Shown piece by piece: positions 1 to 10,234 of a stretch of 64,000 bases of DNA (the first letter of the stretch is position 1; each line of letters starts with the position of its first letter). The notes under the pieces are model-generated. The model ran no database searches. It saw only the letters and a list, made by a program, of their open reading frames with translations, and was not told where the DNA came from. Origin of the DNA: an uncultured Pseudomonadota bacterium (GTDB lineage: Bacteria; Oederibacteriota; Muellerivitia; Muellerivitales; Muellerivitaceae); assembly GCA_963770835.1 (NCBI GenBank), contig CAVYRH010000008.1:64001-128000 (forward strand). Direction: 5' to 3'. The position numbers and the translations under genes were made by a program.

Positions 1-1204
1 CGTCGTAAGCTTCCAGCGAATAGGCCTGCTTGAAGTCATATTCCAGTTTCCAGCCGTCCCCGGCCGAGGCCAAGGGTAGGTAATAGGTGGCCATGTCCTC
101 AAGGTTCCCCGTCTTCCGGTCATAGAGCATCACCTGGAAGCCGGGATTGTTGAAGCGCACGGGGCTCACCGCCGGCGTAATATGGGTGAAAAATACGGGT
201 TTTCCGCCCCGGTCCCGCACCACGCGGAAGTCGTCCATATGGGTGTGCCCGCAGAATTCCCCGTCGATCAGGTCCCGGTAGGGTGCCAACAGGTTGAGGA
301 AGGGCCAAAGGTAGCTATCGCTATAGAAGGTGTGCTGGGGTTTGGTGCGGTCCTCGTGCTCCGAGGCGTTTCGGCCATGGACGCCGGGCGGCATATGGGT
401 AACCAGCGTGACTCGTTCCTGGTTGGCCCGGGCCTGCTGGAGGACACTGGCCAGCCATTCCATCTCCTCCTTGCTGATGTCCATGGTGGTGCTGCATGCG
501 GGGGCGTATTTCTTGGACCAGGAAACGTCGTTGAAGACCACGAAACGGCGGCCCTTCAAGGTGGGATGGGACACCGAATAATACCCGCCTTCGAGGAAAG
601 TCTTCACCGCGGCCGGGTCGTTCGCCACGGTCGTCCATTCCTTCGCCAGGGTGGAAAGGAAGGCCGTCCCCTGGATGAGCCCCCCGTAATCGTCGCAGTC
701 GGAGTCGTTGTTCCCCAGGCAGAAGTAGACCGGCTTGCCGGGGAAGGCGTCCTGGATGCAGCGGCTCACGAAAACCACTGTTTTCAGGGCGAAATCCTGG
801 TAGGCCTTTTCGCCACCGTGGGCACCGGGATTGAAGTCGACCCTGAACCCGTGGGAAAGATAGTCTCCGTTGACCAAAACGTAGTCGTAATCCCCCAGTT
901 GGGCCGCCTCGGCCAGGAAGGACTTGAATAAGGGGTAGTTGGTGTCCTTGCCGTAAGTGGAGAAAACCGTCTGGGGCGAAGACTCAAAAATGGATTTCCA
1001 CTGGTCCACCGGCGCCGCCGCCAGCTGTTTCACGATTGCCGGGTCGGCGTAGGGGTCAAAATGGATGTCCGACATCAGTAGAAAAGTTCCCTTGCTTCCG
1101 GATGGCTGCCAAGGCAGGCCTTCGGCTCCCCAAGCCGGTGCGCCAAACAAGGACAAGCCAACCAAGACAGCCACAAGGGATAGAAACCTCCGGGCGAAGT
1201 TCAT
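1..1204 (-). pseudogene. Secreted calcineurin-like metallophosphoesterase (acid sphingomyelinase/endopolyphosphatase-like); frameshifted, runs off window start
   Basis: Manual minus-strand translation: ATG at 1204 with signal peptide MNFARRFLSLVAVLVGLSLFG, then motifs SDIHFDP, NGDYLSH, LGNNDSD, HMPPG, GHTHMDDF, TPAVSP..NNPGF. Frame changes are needed near ~1100, ~930, ~110 and ~55; probably sequencing indels. Confidence 0.8.
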
Positions 1205-1230
1205 TTTCAAGTTCCTTTCAAGCGGGGTAT

Positions 1231-1264
1231 AAAAAAATCCCGGGTGGAAACCCACCCGGGATTT
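1231..1264 (-). terminator. Intrinsic terminator after the large lipoprotein gene
   Basis: ATCCCGGGTGG-aaac-CCACCCGGGAT stem with an adjacent A7 run (U-tract on minus strand). Confidence 0.8.
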
Positions 1265-1287
1265 GGATTAGCGCCCTTCGCTATTTC

Positions 1288-4200
1288 TCAATAGGTGTTG
1301 GTGTCGTCAAACGAAATCGTCAGGTTGTTGGCGACATCCGTCAAGGCAAAGCTGGAGTTGAAGTAGTAGGGGTCGCCCGGCTGGATGATATCCCCGTTCC
1401 CTGAGGCGCCAACGTAAGCGTAAAAGGCCAGGACGGCGACCGAGCCGGTGGAACAGGGGCCGGGGAAACCCGTGGCCCCAAAGGGAATCACGTCCGTGTG
1501 AGCGCCGTTGGTGGAGTAGCTGTTTGCATCCACCGGGGTGCAGCTGGAGCAGGTTACGCTTCCCGAGGCACCAGTCAAGGTCGTCCCGGTCGGCCACATC
1601 TCCACCACCAGTTGGCGGCAGCCATCCACCGCCCCCTTGGTGCCGTTATAGTTCACCGTCCCGGAAAGGCCAGCAGCCTTGTTAGTATCGTCAAAGCTTC
1701 CGTTGATCCCTGTTTGGGGCGGCATCAAGGCTGTCCAGGCCGAAATGTTGCAGGAAGGCCCGCCCGTCTGGTAGGCATAGACCGAGTCGCCCACGTGGGG
1801 TATCCCGTAGGTGACCCCGTCGCCATAGGCGTTGTACCAGAAGATCGTGTAGTAGCTGGTCGAGGCATTCTGGCCGTCAATGGTATAGGAGCTGTTGTTG
1901 GAGGTCAGGAAAGTGAACGATGGGGTGCCGCCCCCATTGCCCGCGACGACCGCGACTCCCAGGGGATTGGTGGAGTTGACCGTTCCCAAACCGGAATAAT
2001 TGACCGTCCCGCTGAAGCTGTTCCCGTTGTTGACGGGCGTGGCCGTGGGCGTACTGCTGGCGCAAAGGGTGGGAGTGCCCGTAGGGGTGCCCGTCGGCGA
2101 ACTAGTCGGGGTTTTGGTGGGGGTGAATGTTTTGGTGGGCACGGTGGTAGGCACCGTTCCCGTCCAACCCGCACTGCCGTTGGCGCAAACCGCAAGGGGG
2201 GCCGGATCGCCCGAAATGCCTCCCACGAGGACAAAAGCGGATTTTGGAACATTCCCGTCGGCCACCCAGTTGGAGGGGTTTACTACCGCACCGAGGCTGC
2301 TCTGGCAGCTGTTGAGAACGGCGTTTTGGTTGCCGACCTGGTAATCCCCGCTCAGGCCATCTGCGTTCCACAAACCGGACAGGTCAATGGAGGTCGTGGA
2401 ATCGAGAAGGGGTGGAAGGTAGGAATCCCAATAGTTCACCACCGAGCCGGTGGAAAGCCAGCTGTCCGGCCCAAAGATCAACGCGCCCAGGTATTGGGTC
2501 ACCCCCCCGCTCACGGAAAAGGCCAAAACCTTCTCGCCCTCGCCGTTCCCGTTGAGGATAAGGAAGGAGGTGTTCCCGCTTCCCGATCCGGTGGCATTTG
2601 TGATATTGGTCAGGGTCCCTCCCTGGAGCTTATCGTTGTCATTCGTGGTTTTGGCGATGACCACCGGGACATAAGCCCCCAAGCCCGTGGTCGGGGCGGT
2701 ATAAGTGATGATCCCCTCAGTCACGCCGTTTCCGGCGAAATTCGGATCCGGACCCGCGTAACTCACCAGGCCCCCCGCAATGTTGTCATATGAGTCGTTG
2801 GTGAAATAAATGGTCGTGCCGGCGGCCAAACCGTTCGGGGCGACGAAGCCAAACTCGCTTCCGCCATCGTAGATGATGCCGGTGAAAGCGATGCTACCCG
2901 GGCCCAATGGCACCGCAGTATTTGTGACTGTTGCGGTCGGGGAGTTGGTGGGCGTGGAAGAAGGCGTGAAGGTTACGGCCGGGGTGTTGGTGATGGTGGA
3001 GGTTGGCGAATCCGTCGGGCTCAAGGTGGCGGTATCCGTCGGGCTGTCCGTTGGCGTATCGGTCAGGGTTCCCGCCGGGGTTGAGGTGGGTGTGGGTGTA
3101 GTAGCCCCAGCCCAAGTATTACTGGCGACGACCGTAACTCCGTGGGACAGCAAGGCGCCCACTTTATTACTCGTCACGTCGGCGGTTTGGGGGGCTGTCG
3201 GCCCGATCACCGTGTAAGGGTCTCCAACCTGGATGGGCTGGAACGGCTCGTTCGATAACCCCGTCGCCTGGGTGGGGTCCAGATAGAGCAGGACATAAAC
3301 CGAGGAACTTGAATTCAAGTCCTTCATGCACGAAACATTCATGTTACCCGTCGTAAAAGATCCCCAATCGTTCGTCGGGGTCTGGTTGGAGGGCCCGGTC
3401 CCATAGACCTGCGGGTCGTTCATGAAAACCTGCGCCCAGAAGTAATAGGGTGTACTACCGATGGTGACTGCGTCGGTCCCGGACAAAGTTAAAAGGGCGC
3501 CCCCCGTCGTCAAGGAGGCTTGGGGTTTCCCCGAGAACCCCACGTCGCTGTAGGTGTCGTTCATGTTGATCGTGACGCTAGCCCCACCAGAGGAGAGATT
3601 GATAGCTGTCGCTTGGGTGCCGTTAGCATCCGCCCAGGCATAGTTGACCGCACCGTTGTAGTTGCTGTTGACAATGCCGTTGTACATGCCGGAGGGTGCC
3701 CCCACGACGGGGTTGTTTTTCGGGATGGGAAAGGCTTGCCCGGCGCCGGTCAAGTTCGCGTCCGCGCCGACGTAATAGGTCCCTTGGGCCAGGGAAAGGG
3801 TAACCGAAGCGGGGCCGGGAGGAATGGCCGACCAAGTGCTGCCCACCTGGACGACCGTCAGAGGGGCGGACACGAAGCTGGGATCGGTGGAGACCTGAAC
3901 ATCATAGACGCTGGTTCCAACCGCCCCCAAAGAGCCAGTGTAGTTCACTGTAATGACGAGGCTTGTATTGCCGGTCGGGGTGGGCGTCGCGGTGGCCGTG
4001 CTGGTCCTGGTATTGGTGGGTGAACTGGTCGCCGAGCTGGTCAGTGTCGCCGTCGGGGTGTTCGTAACGGTGGAAGTAGCGCTAAGGGTGGGCGTGGAAG
4101 TGGGAGTCGAGCTGTTGGCGGGGACATTTGTGGAAGTGGGGGTGGCTGTGGCCGAGGAAGTTGCGGTCTTCGTCGGCGAATTGGTCGGAGTCAACGTTGA

Positions 4201-4422
4201 AGTCGATCCGGCTGTGTTCGTGGCCGAACTGGTAGGGGTTAGTGTGGCCGTGGAGGTCGGGGTCGTGCTCCCGGAAACCGGGGTGTTGGTGGCCGTATTG
4301 GCGGGCGGGTTGGGGGAAGTGGGGGCGTTTTTCGCCGGACAAGCGGGGAGAAGAAGGGCGGACGCCAAAAGGAGCATTCCAAATAACAAATTCCGTCCAG
4401 CATAAAATTTCAATTCCATCAC
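1288..4422 (-). CDS. Large surface lipoprotein with Thr/Pro linkers and repeated beta-rich modules
   Basis: Lipobox-like LLLPAC; three TP-rich linkers; recurring TVNYxG...(V/P)GD(P/S) modules; central domain paralogous to 4529..5644. Confidence 0.85.
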   Translation of the reverse strand: MMELKFYAGRNLLFGMLLLASALLLPACPAKNAPTSPNPPANTATNTPVSGSTTPTSTATLTPTSSATNTAGSTSTLTPTNSPTKTATSSATATPTSTNVPANSSTPTSTPTLSATSTVTNTPTATLTSSATSSPTNTRTSTATATPTPTGNTSLVITVNYTGSLGAVGTSVYDVQVSTDPSFVSAPLTVVQVGSTWSAIPPGPASVTLSLAQGTYYVGADANLTGAGQAFPIPKNNPVVGAPSGMYNGIVNSNYNGAVNYAWADANGTQATAINLSSGGASVTINMNDTYSDVGFSGKPQASLTTGGALLTLSGTDAVTIGSTPYYFWAQVFMNDPQVYGTGPSNQTPTNDWGSFTTGNMNVSCMKDLNSSSSVYVLLYLDPTQATGLSNEPFQPIQVGDPYTVIGPTAPQTADVTSNKVGALLSHGVTVVASNTWAGATTPTPTSTPAGTLTDTPTDSPTDTATLSPTDSPTSTITNTPAVTFTPSSTPTNSPTATVTNTAVPLGPGSIAFTGIIYDGGSEFGFVAPNGLAAGTTIYFTNDSYDNIAGGLVSYAGPDPNFAGNGVTEGIITYTAPTTGLGAYVPVVIAKTTNDNDKLQGGTLTNITNATGSGSGNTSFLILNGNGEGEKVLAFSVSGGVTQYLGALIFGPDSWLSTGSVVNYWDSYLPPLLDSTTSIDLSGLWNADGLSGDYQVGNQNAVLNSCQSSLGAVVNPSNWVADGNVPKSAFVLVGGISGDPAPLAVCANGSAGWTGTVPTTVPTKTFTPTKTPTSSPTGTPTGTPTLCASSTPTATPVNNGNSFSGTVNYSGLGTVNSTNPLGVAVVAGNGGGTPSFTFLTSNNSSYTIDGQNASTSYYTIFWYNAYGDGVTYGIPHVGDSVYAYQTGGPSCNISAWTALMPPQTGINGSFDDTNKAAGLSGTVNYNGTKGAVDGCRQLVVEMWPTGTTLTGASGSVTCSSCTPVDANSYSTNGAHTDVIPFGATGFPGPCSTGSVAVLAFYAYVGASGNGDIIQPGDPYYFNSSFALTDVANNLTISFDDTNTY

Positions 4423-4474
4423 CCACCTCCGATTAAATTTCCTACTTGCTGTTTTTATTCAATTTGAAAAAACC

Positions 4475-4506
4475 AAAAGCACCGGGCCTTTTCAACCCGG
4501 TGCATT
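4475..4506 (-). terminator. Probable terminator hairpin
   Basis: GCACCGGG...CCCGGTGC preceded by an A run on the + strand. Confidence 0.6.
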
Positions 4507-4528
4507 AAATTCTTTACGGCTCAAAGCC

Positions 4529-5644
4529 TCAAGGCAGGCTTCCGGTGAAGCCTCCGCCCGACGGGCAAGGCGACACGGCGATTCCCGGGTTCAACTGAGC
4601 GGCGCTCTTGCCCACGTTACCGTCAGCAGTCCAAGTACCACTCACGATGGCCGATAGGCTGGTTTGACAGCCGGCCACCACCGCATTGTCGTTTTCGTCG
4701 GCCACCGGTGTGTCATTGTTCAAATTGTCGTTGTTCCAAAGGGTCGATAGGTCGATGGCGTCGGTGCCGCTGGTTAAAGCCGACGGTAGGTAGGAATCCC
4801 AGAAGGCTGGCCCGGTCGCTGAGACGGCCCCGCCTATGGTGATGTTGGCACTAGGGTTGATGGAACCGGTAGTCTGCCAACTATCGGGCCCGAAGATCAC
4901 CCCGGCGAGCCAGTCGGTGACGCCGGCCGAGGGCACCGCGAAGGCCAGGATCTTATGCCCGTTCCCATTGTGGTTGTTCACCAACCATGAGGTTCCCGTA
5001 GTGACTCCATATCCGCCGGAAACGCCGGCGACGGTGCCGCCCTGGAGCTGCTGGGTTTCGTCCTTTGGGTTGCCGATGACAACCTGCTTATAAGCGGAAA
5101 GCCCCGAACCACCCACGGTATAGGAAATGACTCCTTCCACAATCGTCAAACCGTTGCCGGCGCCATCGTCGCAACAATTGAAGCTCTCATTGACTAATCC
5201 GGTGACCGAGGCGTCGTAGGATTCATTGGTAAAATAAATCACTTGGCCTGGACCGATAAGGGTGGTAGCGACGAATGCGACCTCACTGTTGCCGTTGTAG
5301 GTCAGCCCCGTGAAAGCGATGTCGCCGGGGTTCTGGCCCGCCAGGTTGGTGGCCGTGGGCGTCGCGGAAGCCGTCGGGGTCGAGGTGTAACCGTTCAAAT
5401 TTGTCGCCGTGGGCGTCGGGGTAGTGGTGGGGGTCGAGGTATAACCGTTAAGATTCGTCGGCGTGCTCGTGGGGGTGAACATGGGCGTATGGGTGAAGGT
5501 CGGCGTGTTAGTGGGAGCGGGGACGGGGGAAATGATCTTCGCGTTGCACGACACCAGGGCCAGGGTTCCCGCCAGGGAGCCGGCCGCCATGAGGAGGGCG
5601 GCGATTGCGCCGAAAGCCGGTTTTTGGGGCATTCTATTCATCAT
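4529..5644 (-). CDS. Lipoprotein with TP repeats and a GDIAFTG-type beta domain
   Basis: Lipobox LVSC; duplicated TNLNGYTSTPT; shares IAFTG/YFTN.SYD/IFGPDSW/WDSYLP/W.ADGNV.KSA motifs with the 1044-aa protein. Confidence 0.85.
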   Translation of the reverse strand: MMNRMPQKPAFGAIAALLMAAGSLAGTLALVSCNAKIISPVPAPTNTPTFTHTPMFTPTSTPTNLNGYTSTPTTTPTPTATNLNGYTSTPTASATPTATNLAGQNPGDIAFTGLTYNGNSEVAFVATTLIGPGQVIYFTNESYDASVTGLVNESFNCCDDGAGNGLTIVEGVISYTVGGSGLSAYKQVVIGNPKDETQQLQGGTVAGVSGGYGVTTGTSWLVNNHNGNGHKILAFAVPSAGVTDWLAGVIFGPDSWQTTGSINPSANITIGGAVSATGPAFWDSYLPSALTSGTDAIDLSTLWNNDNLNNDTPVADENDNAVVAGCQTSLSAIVSGTWTADGNVGKSAAQLNPGIAVSPCPSGGGFTGSLP

Positions 5645-5713
5645 TTTTTGTCTCCTTAAGGATTAATCATTTTGTATTCAGCCTAAGCCCGGCGCGTTCG
5701 AAAGCGGCGTCCT

Positions 5714-7510
5714 TTACATAATCAGGGCGACGCGAGCCACCATGATTTGTTCGGAATTCTTGGCGGTGCCCCAATAATTCGGGGAATTTCCGCCGGAACA
5801 ATCCGTTTCCTCCCCGTCGCACATGAACTTGAAATTCTCGTTCAGCCACCAATTGAATCCGATCCCGTAGGACATTGCCTGTTGGTAACCCGTGGCCAAG
5901 GGGCCGACCGACGACGGGGCCCAGGAAATGCCGTAACCCGATTGGAAGGACTTGGCGTCGAGGTAACTGCAATGGACGCGGCCCACCAGTTCCAGGGCGC
6001 CCCATTTACCCTCGGCGGGGTTGAAGGGGTTATCCACCTGGGCACCCTCAAAACCGGCCTTTCCGCCGATAACCCACTGGACTTCCGCCAGCCAGGCTTG
6101 GTTGTCCAGTTGCACCGGGGCGATGGGCACTCCGCCGCTCACCGTGGCCGGGATGTTGCCGTTGTTGGCGCCGATCACGCTTTGGATGGAATCCACGTGT
6201 TCGCCCAGGAACCCAAAGGGGCCGTTGTAATAGTAGCCTTGAAAATCAATGTGGTAAAAGGAGCCGTCCGGAACCATGTTTCCCGAATAAAGCGCGATGG
6301 TGTTCCCCCCGATGGAGGTGGCGACACCCGCCCAGGGCGTGTTGTTCAAGTTGCCTCCCTCAAAAAAGCCAATGCCGCTGGTATGGGAGGTGTAAAACTT
6401 GGAGTTGCTGGTCGGGCCGAAAGTTTCGTTGTCCACCGAGGCGCCGCCCCCGATGCCGAGGCCCTTCAGCCATTCATCATCCGTCTTCTCCCAGGGCGTG
6501 AAAAATACACGGGCGGTCAAGGCCTTCATGTCGTAGGCTGGCTTGATAGGCCCGGTGGCGGAGGATTCGTTGTCCTGCTGGCCGTTGGCAATTTCCAGGA
6601 CGTAGTCCACGAAATGGTTGTATTCCCCGTCAACTTCGGCCCCGATGTCCTTGTTGACCGTGAAGTTGGCGATCATGGAAGCTTCCACGAAGGGCAGGTC
6701 GGCGGCCGGTTGGAGCCCTTCCAGGCTCAAGGGATTGCTGAACTTCCCAAATTGAAGGTTGAAAAGCTTATCGAATTTCGCGACCGCGTAAAAATGGTAA
6801 AGGCCGATCGAATCCCCGTAGGACTTGTTGCTCTCCAGTCCGATGGCCAGGGCGTACATCTTGTCGAAGGAGGCCCGGAAATCGAGATGGGCCTTCTTGG
6901 GGACGAAACCGTTCGTGTCGTCGCCGCCGCCGTTATTGGCATTGTGGGCCCCGTTGCCGTTGACGTAGTTAAAAACGGTCTGGCCCTGGCTGTTGACGTT
7001 GAAGCTTTGGTTGTTGATGTCCAGGTCGGTCCAGACGTAGCCCCCCAGCCGGAACTCCGCGTCCCCTTGGGGATTGGAGAAGGAAAGGTAGCGGCTTTCC
7101 GAGTACATGTATTCGTTGGTGTCGTTGAACTTGATTTCATTCAAGTGGACGCCGGGTTGGTAAGGCTGAGTGCCGGCGGCCCCTCCCGGCCCGACCATGT
7201 CTTGGGGATTCGGGGTCGTGGTGGCGGTAGCGGGAGTGGCTGCGGCAGCTTTCTGGGCCGTCATTTCATCTTCCAGTGCCTTCAGCCGCGTTTCTAAATC
7301 CCGGTTCTTTTCCTCGAGGTTTTTCAATTCCGCTTTGGTGCCGAGGGGCTTAGTGGAGGCCGGTGCCGGGGTGGTATCGGTGGATTCGGAAACTGTTGTG
7401 GCCGCGGGTGTTTCCTGCGCTGTTTGATCCTGAGCCAAAACCAGCTTTACGCCTGAAAAACTTAGCAAAGCGACAGCCAGAGACAATCCAACAGTTTTCC
7501 TCAATTTCAC
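5714..7510 (-). CDS. Phosphate-selective porin OprO/OprP family
   Basis: Signal peptide, coiled coil, FRLGGYVWTD, GKFSNPLSLEGLQ, GFLGE, GKWGALELVGR, GFNWWLN. Confidence 0.85.
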   Translation of the reverse strand: MKLRKTVGLSLAVALLSFSGVKLVLAQDQTAQETPAATTVSESTDTTPAPASTKPLGTKAELKNLEEKNRDLETRLKALEDEMTAQKAAAATPATATTTPNPQDMVGPGGAAGTQPYQPGVHLNEIKFNDTNEYMYSESRYLSFSNPQGDAEFRLGGYVWTDLDINNQSFNVNSQGQTVFNYVNGNGAHNANNGGGDDTNGFVPKKAHLDFRASFDKMYALAIGLESNKSYGDSIGLYHFYAVAKFDKLFNLQFGKFSNPLSLEGLQPAADLPFVEASMIANFTVNKDIGAEVDGEYNHFVDYVLEIANGQQDNESSATGPIKPAYDMKALTARVFFTPWEKTDDEWLKGLGIGGGASVDNETFGPTSNSKFYTSHTSGIGFFEGGNLNNTPWAGVATSIGGNTIALYSGNMVPDGSFYHIDFQGYYYNGPFGFLGEHVDSIQSVIGANNGNIPATVSGGVPIAPVQLDNQAWLAEVQWVIGGKAGFEGAQVDNPFNPAEGKWGALELVGRVHCSYLDAKSFQSGYGISWAPSSVGPLATGYQQAMSYGIGFNWWLNENFKFMCDGEETDCSGGNSPNYWGTAKNSEQIMVARVALIM

Positions 7511-8025
7511 TGTTTTCCCCTTAATAAATTTTTGAAACGTCTCCGAGGTTCTTTTTCTCTTCCACCTGGTAGGTTGATTTAAAAAGTATGCGTAACCCCG
7601 ATATCCATTTCCGCCAAGGGCGTAAATGGAATTCAGTAAGGCTTCGTCTTTCCAAAAGGCTTGTGATGTTGAATTTCCAAAAAGCGGGACAAAAAGATTT
7701 CCTGACTAAATGCTGTTTGGAAAGTTGCGGGATTATTGAGGTTGAATGTTTCTTGGGAAAACATTCAAAGTTAATTTTCAGTTAAAGGGAAAACGAGATC
7801 GCGATCTACATTTTCGAAAACTCGATCAAGTTTTGGCGGGTGTCAAAAAGTTTTTTCAAAAAAACTGTAACAAAATTTATTTTCTTCACAATCAATTTAG
7901 AAGTTACGGTTTTGTAAAACAATTTAGAGTTAGGTCGCAAAGACGGGGTTTGCCCCTTCAGCCATAGTCTTTAACTGGGGCAAACCATGATTTATCCGCT
8001 TCTGAAAAACGCCCATGATTTTGTA

Positions 8026-9591
8026 TTATTTAATGTGAATGACTTTACCGCCATCCGTGCCGGTTTTCTCCGCAAACCGTAAATCCTTGGGTTCGGGCTT
8101 TTCGAAGGCCACCGGTGTGGCGGTGGGTGAAGACGCCGGTTGTGCCGCTTGCGTTTTCATTTTAGGTCCGGCCTTGGATGACCCCTTCACCATATCCGCT
8201 AGTTGTTGGGAAACAGTTCTGAGATTTTCAGCTTTCTGGGTGAGGCCCCTTCCCAATATCGCCGCCTTTTCGGCGACGGCGCTGTTCCGGAAAGCATCCC
8301 TTTCGGCTTGGTTGACGGTGCCGTGAATTTCCTGCAAGCCGCGCAGTTGGATATCCGCGCCTTCCTCCATCACCGACAAGAGCCCCTCGACCTTGCCGGC
8401 CTTTTCCCTGGCCAGGGAAACGGCCTTGGCCGTATCCTCGCTCAAACGAAGCCCGTCGGAGGCTTGCCGGGTGTTTTCCGTGACCATTTTGGAGGTTTCC
8501 CTCGCCACCTGGGCGCATCGCTGGGAGAGGTTGCGGATTTCCTCCACCACCAGCACGAATTCCTTGCCTTGTTCCCCGGCCCGCACCGCTTCCACGCCCG
8601 CGTTCAAGGCCAGGATGTTGGTTTGGAAGGCGATCTCCTCGATGGTTTTGACCACCTGGAAGACCTTTTCGGCGCTTTGACCCATGTTTTTGACCTGGTC
8701 CATCACCCGTTGGGCCGCTTCCCCGCTGACGGAAAGCGCGGATTTGGTTTCATCGATCAGGTTTCTCGCCCGCGCCGTTTCCTGGCTCTTATGCTGGGCC
8801 ATGGATACCATTTGCTCCGAGGCGCTCCCAGTTTTTTGGAGCTGGCTGGCCGATTCCGTCAGGCTCCCGTTGAGCTGGGACGTGGCAGCCGAAACCTGCC
8901 CCCCCAAGTCAGCCACTTCCCTCACCTCACTCTCCCATCCGAGGGCCGACAAGCCCAGTGGGCGAAGGGCCCCATTGGCCATCCAAACCCCCGCGGCCAA
9001 GCCCAGGAGAAGCAGGATCACCACCGCCGCCGCCATAAAATTGTAGCTGCCAGTAAAACCCTTCTCCGCTTGGTCCACCGCGTCCTGGCCGGCCTTTTCA
9101 TTCAAGTCCTCCAATTTGCGGATATTATCCGTGATGGGTGTAATGGAAGGGTACATCACACTGGTGGCTTGGATTTCCAACTGACGCGCGTCCTTGTTTC
9201 TTAAAGCCACCGTCAAATCCTCCATGAAATGCTTGTTCATCGTAATGCTGGTATCCACGATGGAGGCGAGGTACTTCTCATCCTTCGTCTTGTCCATGTC
9301 CATATAAGCTTTCCAATTTTCATCAGCCGATTTTTCAGCGTCCTCCACTATTTTAGTGCTGTCTTCCCACGCCCATCCCACTTCCACGCGGGCCCTTTGG
9401 ACCGCAGCGATGGTATCGAGACCGAAAGCATCCGAAACTTTTTTCAAGTGGTAAACAGCCAGCCCGCTGTCATAAACCTTGGCCTGGTTATCGAAGACCA
9501 ACCGGGAGGATTGAAGGCACAGGATTCCGATGGCCAGGGCCGTCAACCCCATGAGAATCACGCTGAGGAACAACCGGTTTTGTAGTTTCAT
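8026..9591 (-). CDS. Methyl-accepting chemotaxis protein (two TMs, four-helix sensor)
   Basis: IEEIAFQTNILALNAGVEAVRAGEQGK hairpin-tip signature; two hydrophobic helices flanking a helical periplasmic domain. Confidence 0.92.
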   Translation of the reverse strand: MKLQNRLFLSVILMGLTALAIGILCLQSSRLVFDNQAKVYDSGLAVYHLKKVSDAFGLDTIAAVQRARVEVGWAWEDSTKIVEDAEKSADENWKAYMDMDKTKDEKYLASIVDTSITMNKHFMEDLTVALRNKDARQLEIQATSVMYPSITPITDNIRKLEDLNEKAGQDAVDQAEKGFTGSYNFMAAAVVILLLLGLAAGVWMANGALRPLGLSALGWESEVREVADLGGQVSAATSQLNGSLTESASQLQKTGSASEQMVSMAQHKSQETARARNLIDETKSALSVSGEAAQRVMDQVKNMGQSAEKVFQVVKTIEEIAFQTNILALNAGVEAVRAGEQGKEFVLVVEEIRNLSQRCAQVARETSKMVTENTRQASDGLRLSEDTAKAVSLAREKAGKVEGLLSVMEEGADIQLRGLQEIHGTVNQAERDAFRNSAVAEKAAILGRGLTQKAENLRTVSQQLADMVKGSSKAGPKMKTQAAQPASSPTATPVAFEKPEPKDLRFAEKTGTDGGKVIHIK

Positions 9592-9609
9592 TTTCCACTC
9601 CTTTTAAAT

Positions 9610-9695
9610 CAGTTCGCGGTTTACAGTTCACAGTTGGCGGCAAAACGCCTTGCCGTTAAACCTGCGGACTGCGAACTGTCGACTGCCAACTGCCG
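9610..9695. repeat. Inverted pair of degenerate heptamer tandem repeats
   Basis: CAGTTCG/CGGTTTA/CAGTTCA/CAGTTGG facing GGACTGC/GAACTGT/CGACTGC/CAACTGC. Confidence 0.6.
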
Positions 9696-9698
9696 TTA

Positions 9699-10178
9699 TC
9701 AGCTCGCCTTGTCCTTTAGGGCCAATTCCCTTTCCCCTGGAAATTCTGCTTTTAATATTTCCCTCACATTCAAAACATAAACCGGTTCGTCGTTGGAATC
9801 GAAAACAGCCCGGATAAATTTGGACGGCATTTCGGTGAAAGAAGCCGGCGCGGCCCGCAGGTTTCCCAAGGGGACATTGACCAAATCCATCACTTGATCC
9901 ACCCAGAGTGCCACCAATCGGTTGCGGTCCCCGCCAGGAGCCTGTATCGCGATGAAGGAATTAATTCCCTCCATCACCGCCGGAGAAAACCCGAGCCTTT
10001 GCCGCAAGTCCAGGACCCGGGCAACCTTCCCCCGGACCTGCAGGAAGGCTCCGGATTCGCCTTCCACCGAAAGGGGTTTCCATTCCGTCCCCGCCACTAT
10101 CTCCCGGATTTCCAGGGCGTCGATGGAACATGAGAATCCGTTGATCCGAAACACAATCCCGTTGAAATCTTTTTCCAT
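9699..10178 (-). CDS. cheW: Chemotaxis coupling protein CheW (divergent)
   Basis: IREIV, LQVRGKVARVLDLRQRLG, ALWVDQV, VLNVREIL; lies between cheA and the MCP gene. Confidence 0.85.
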   Translation of the reverse strand: MEKDFNGIVFRINGFSCSIDALEIREIVAGTEWKPLSVEGESGAFLQVRGKVARVLDLRQRLGFSPAVMEGINSFIAIQAPGGDRNRLVALWVDQVMDLVNVPLGNLRAAPASFTEMPSKFIRAVFDSNDEPVYVLNVREILKAEFPGERELALKDKAS

Positions 10179-10234
10179 GGACCTTTCCTCCCAAAGAACG
10201 GCTTTTGATCAATTCTTACCGGCAGCCAATATTT

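Noticed and set aside
1990..5520. Periodic GTGG/GTCGG repeats suggesting a CRISPR array or VNTR
   Set aside because: They encode Thr/Pro linkers; there is no constant repeat-spacer structure and no cas genes.
7947..7986. GGTTTGCCCC...GGGGCAAACC considered as a c-di-GMP-I riboswitch
   Set aside because: Lacks the GAAA tetraloop and ordered CGCAAAGC junction; it is a simple hairpin downstream of the MCP gene.
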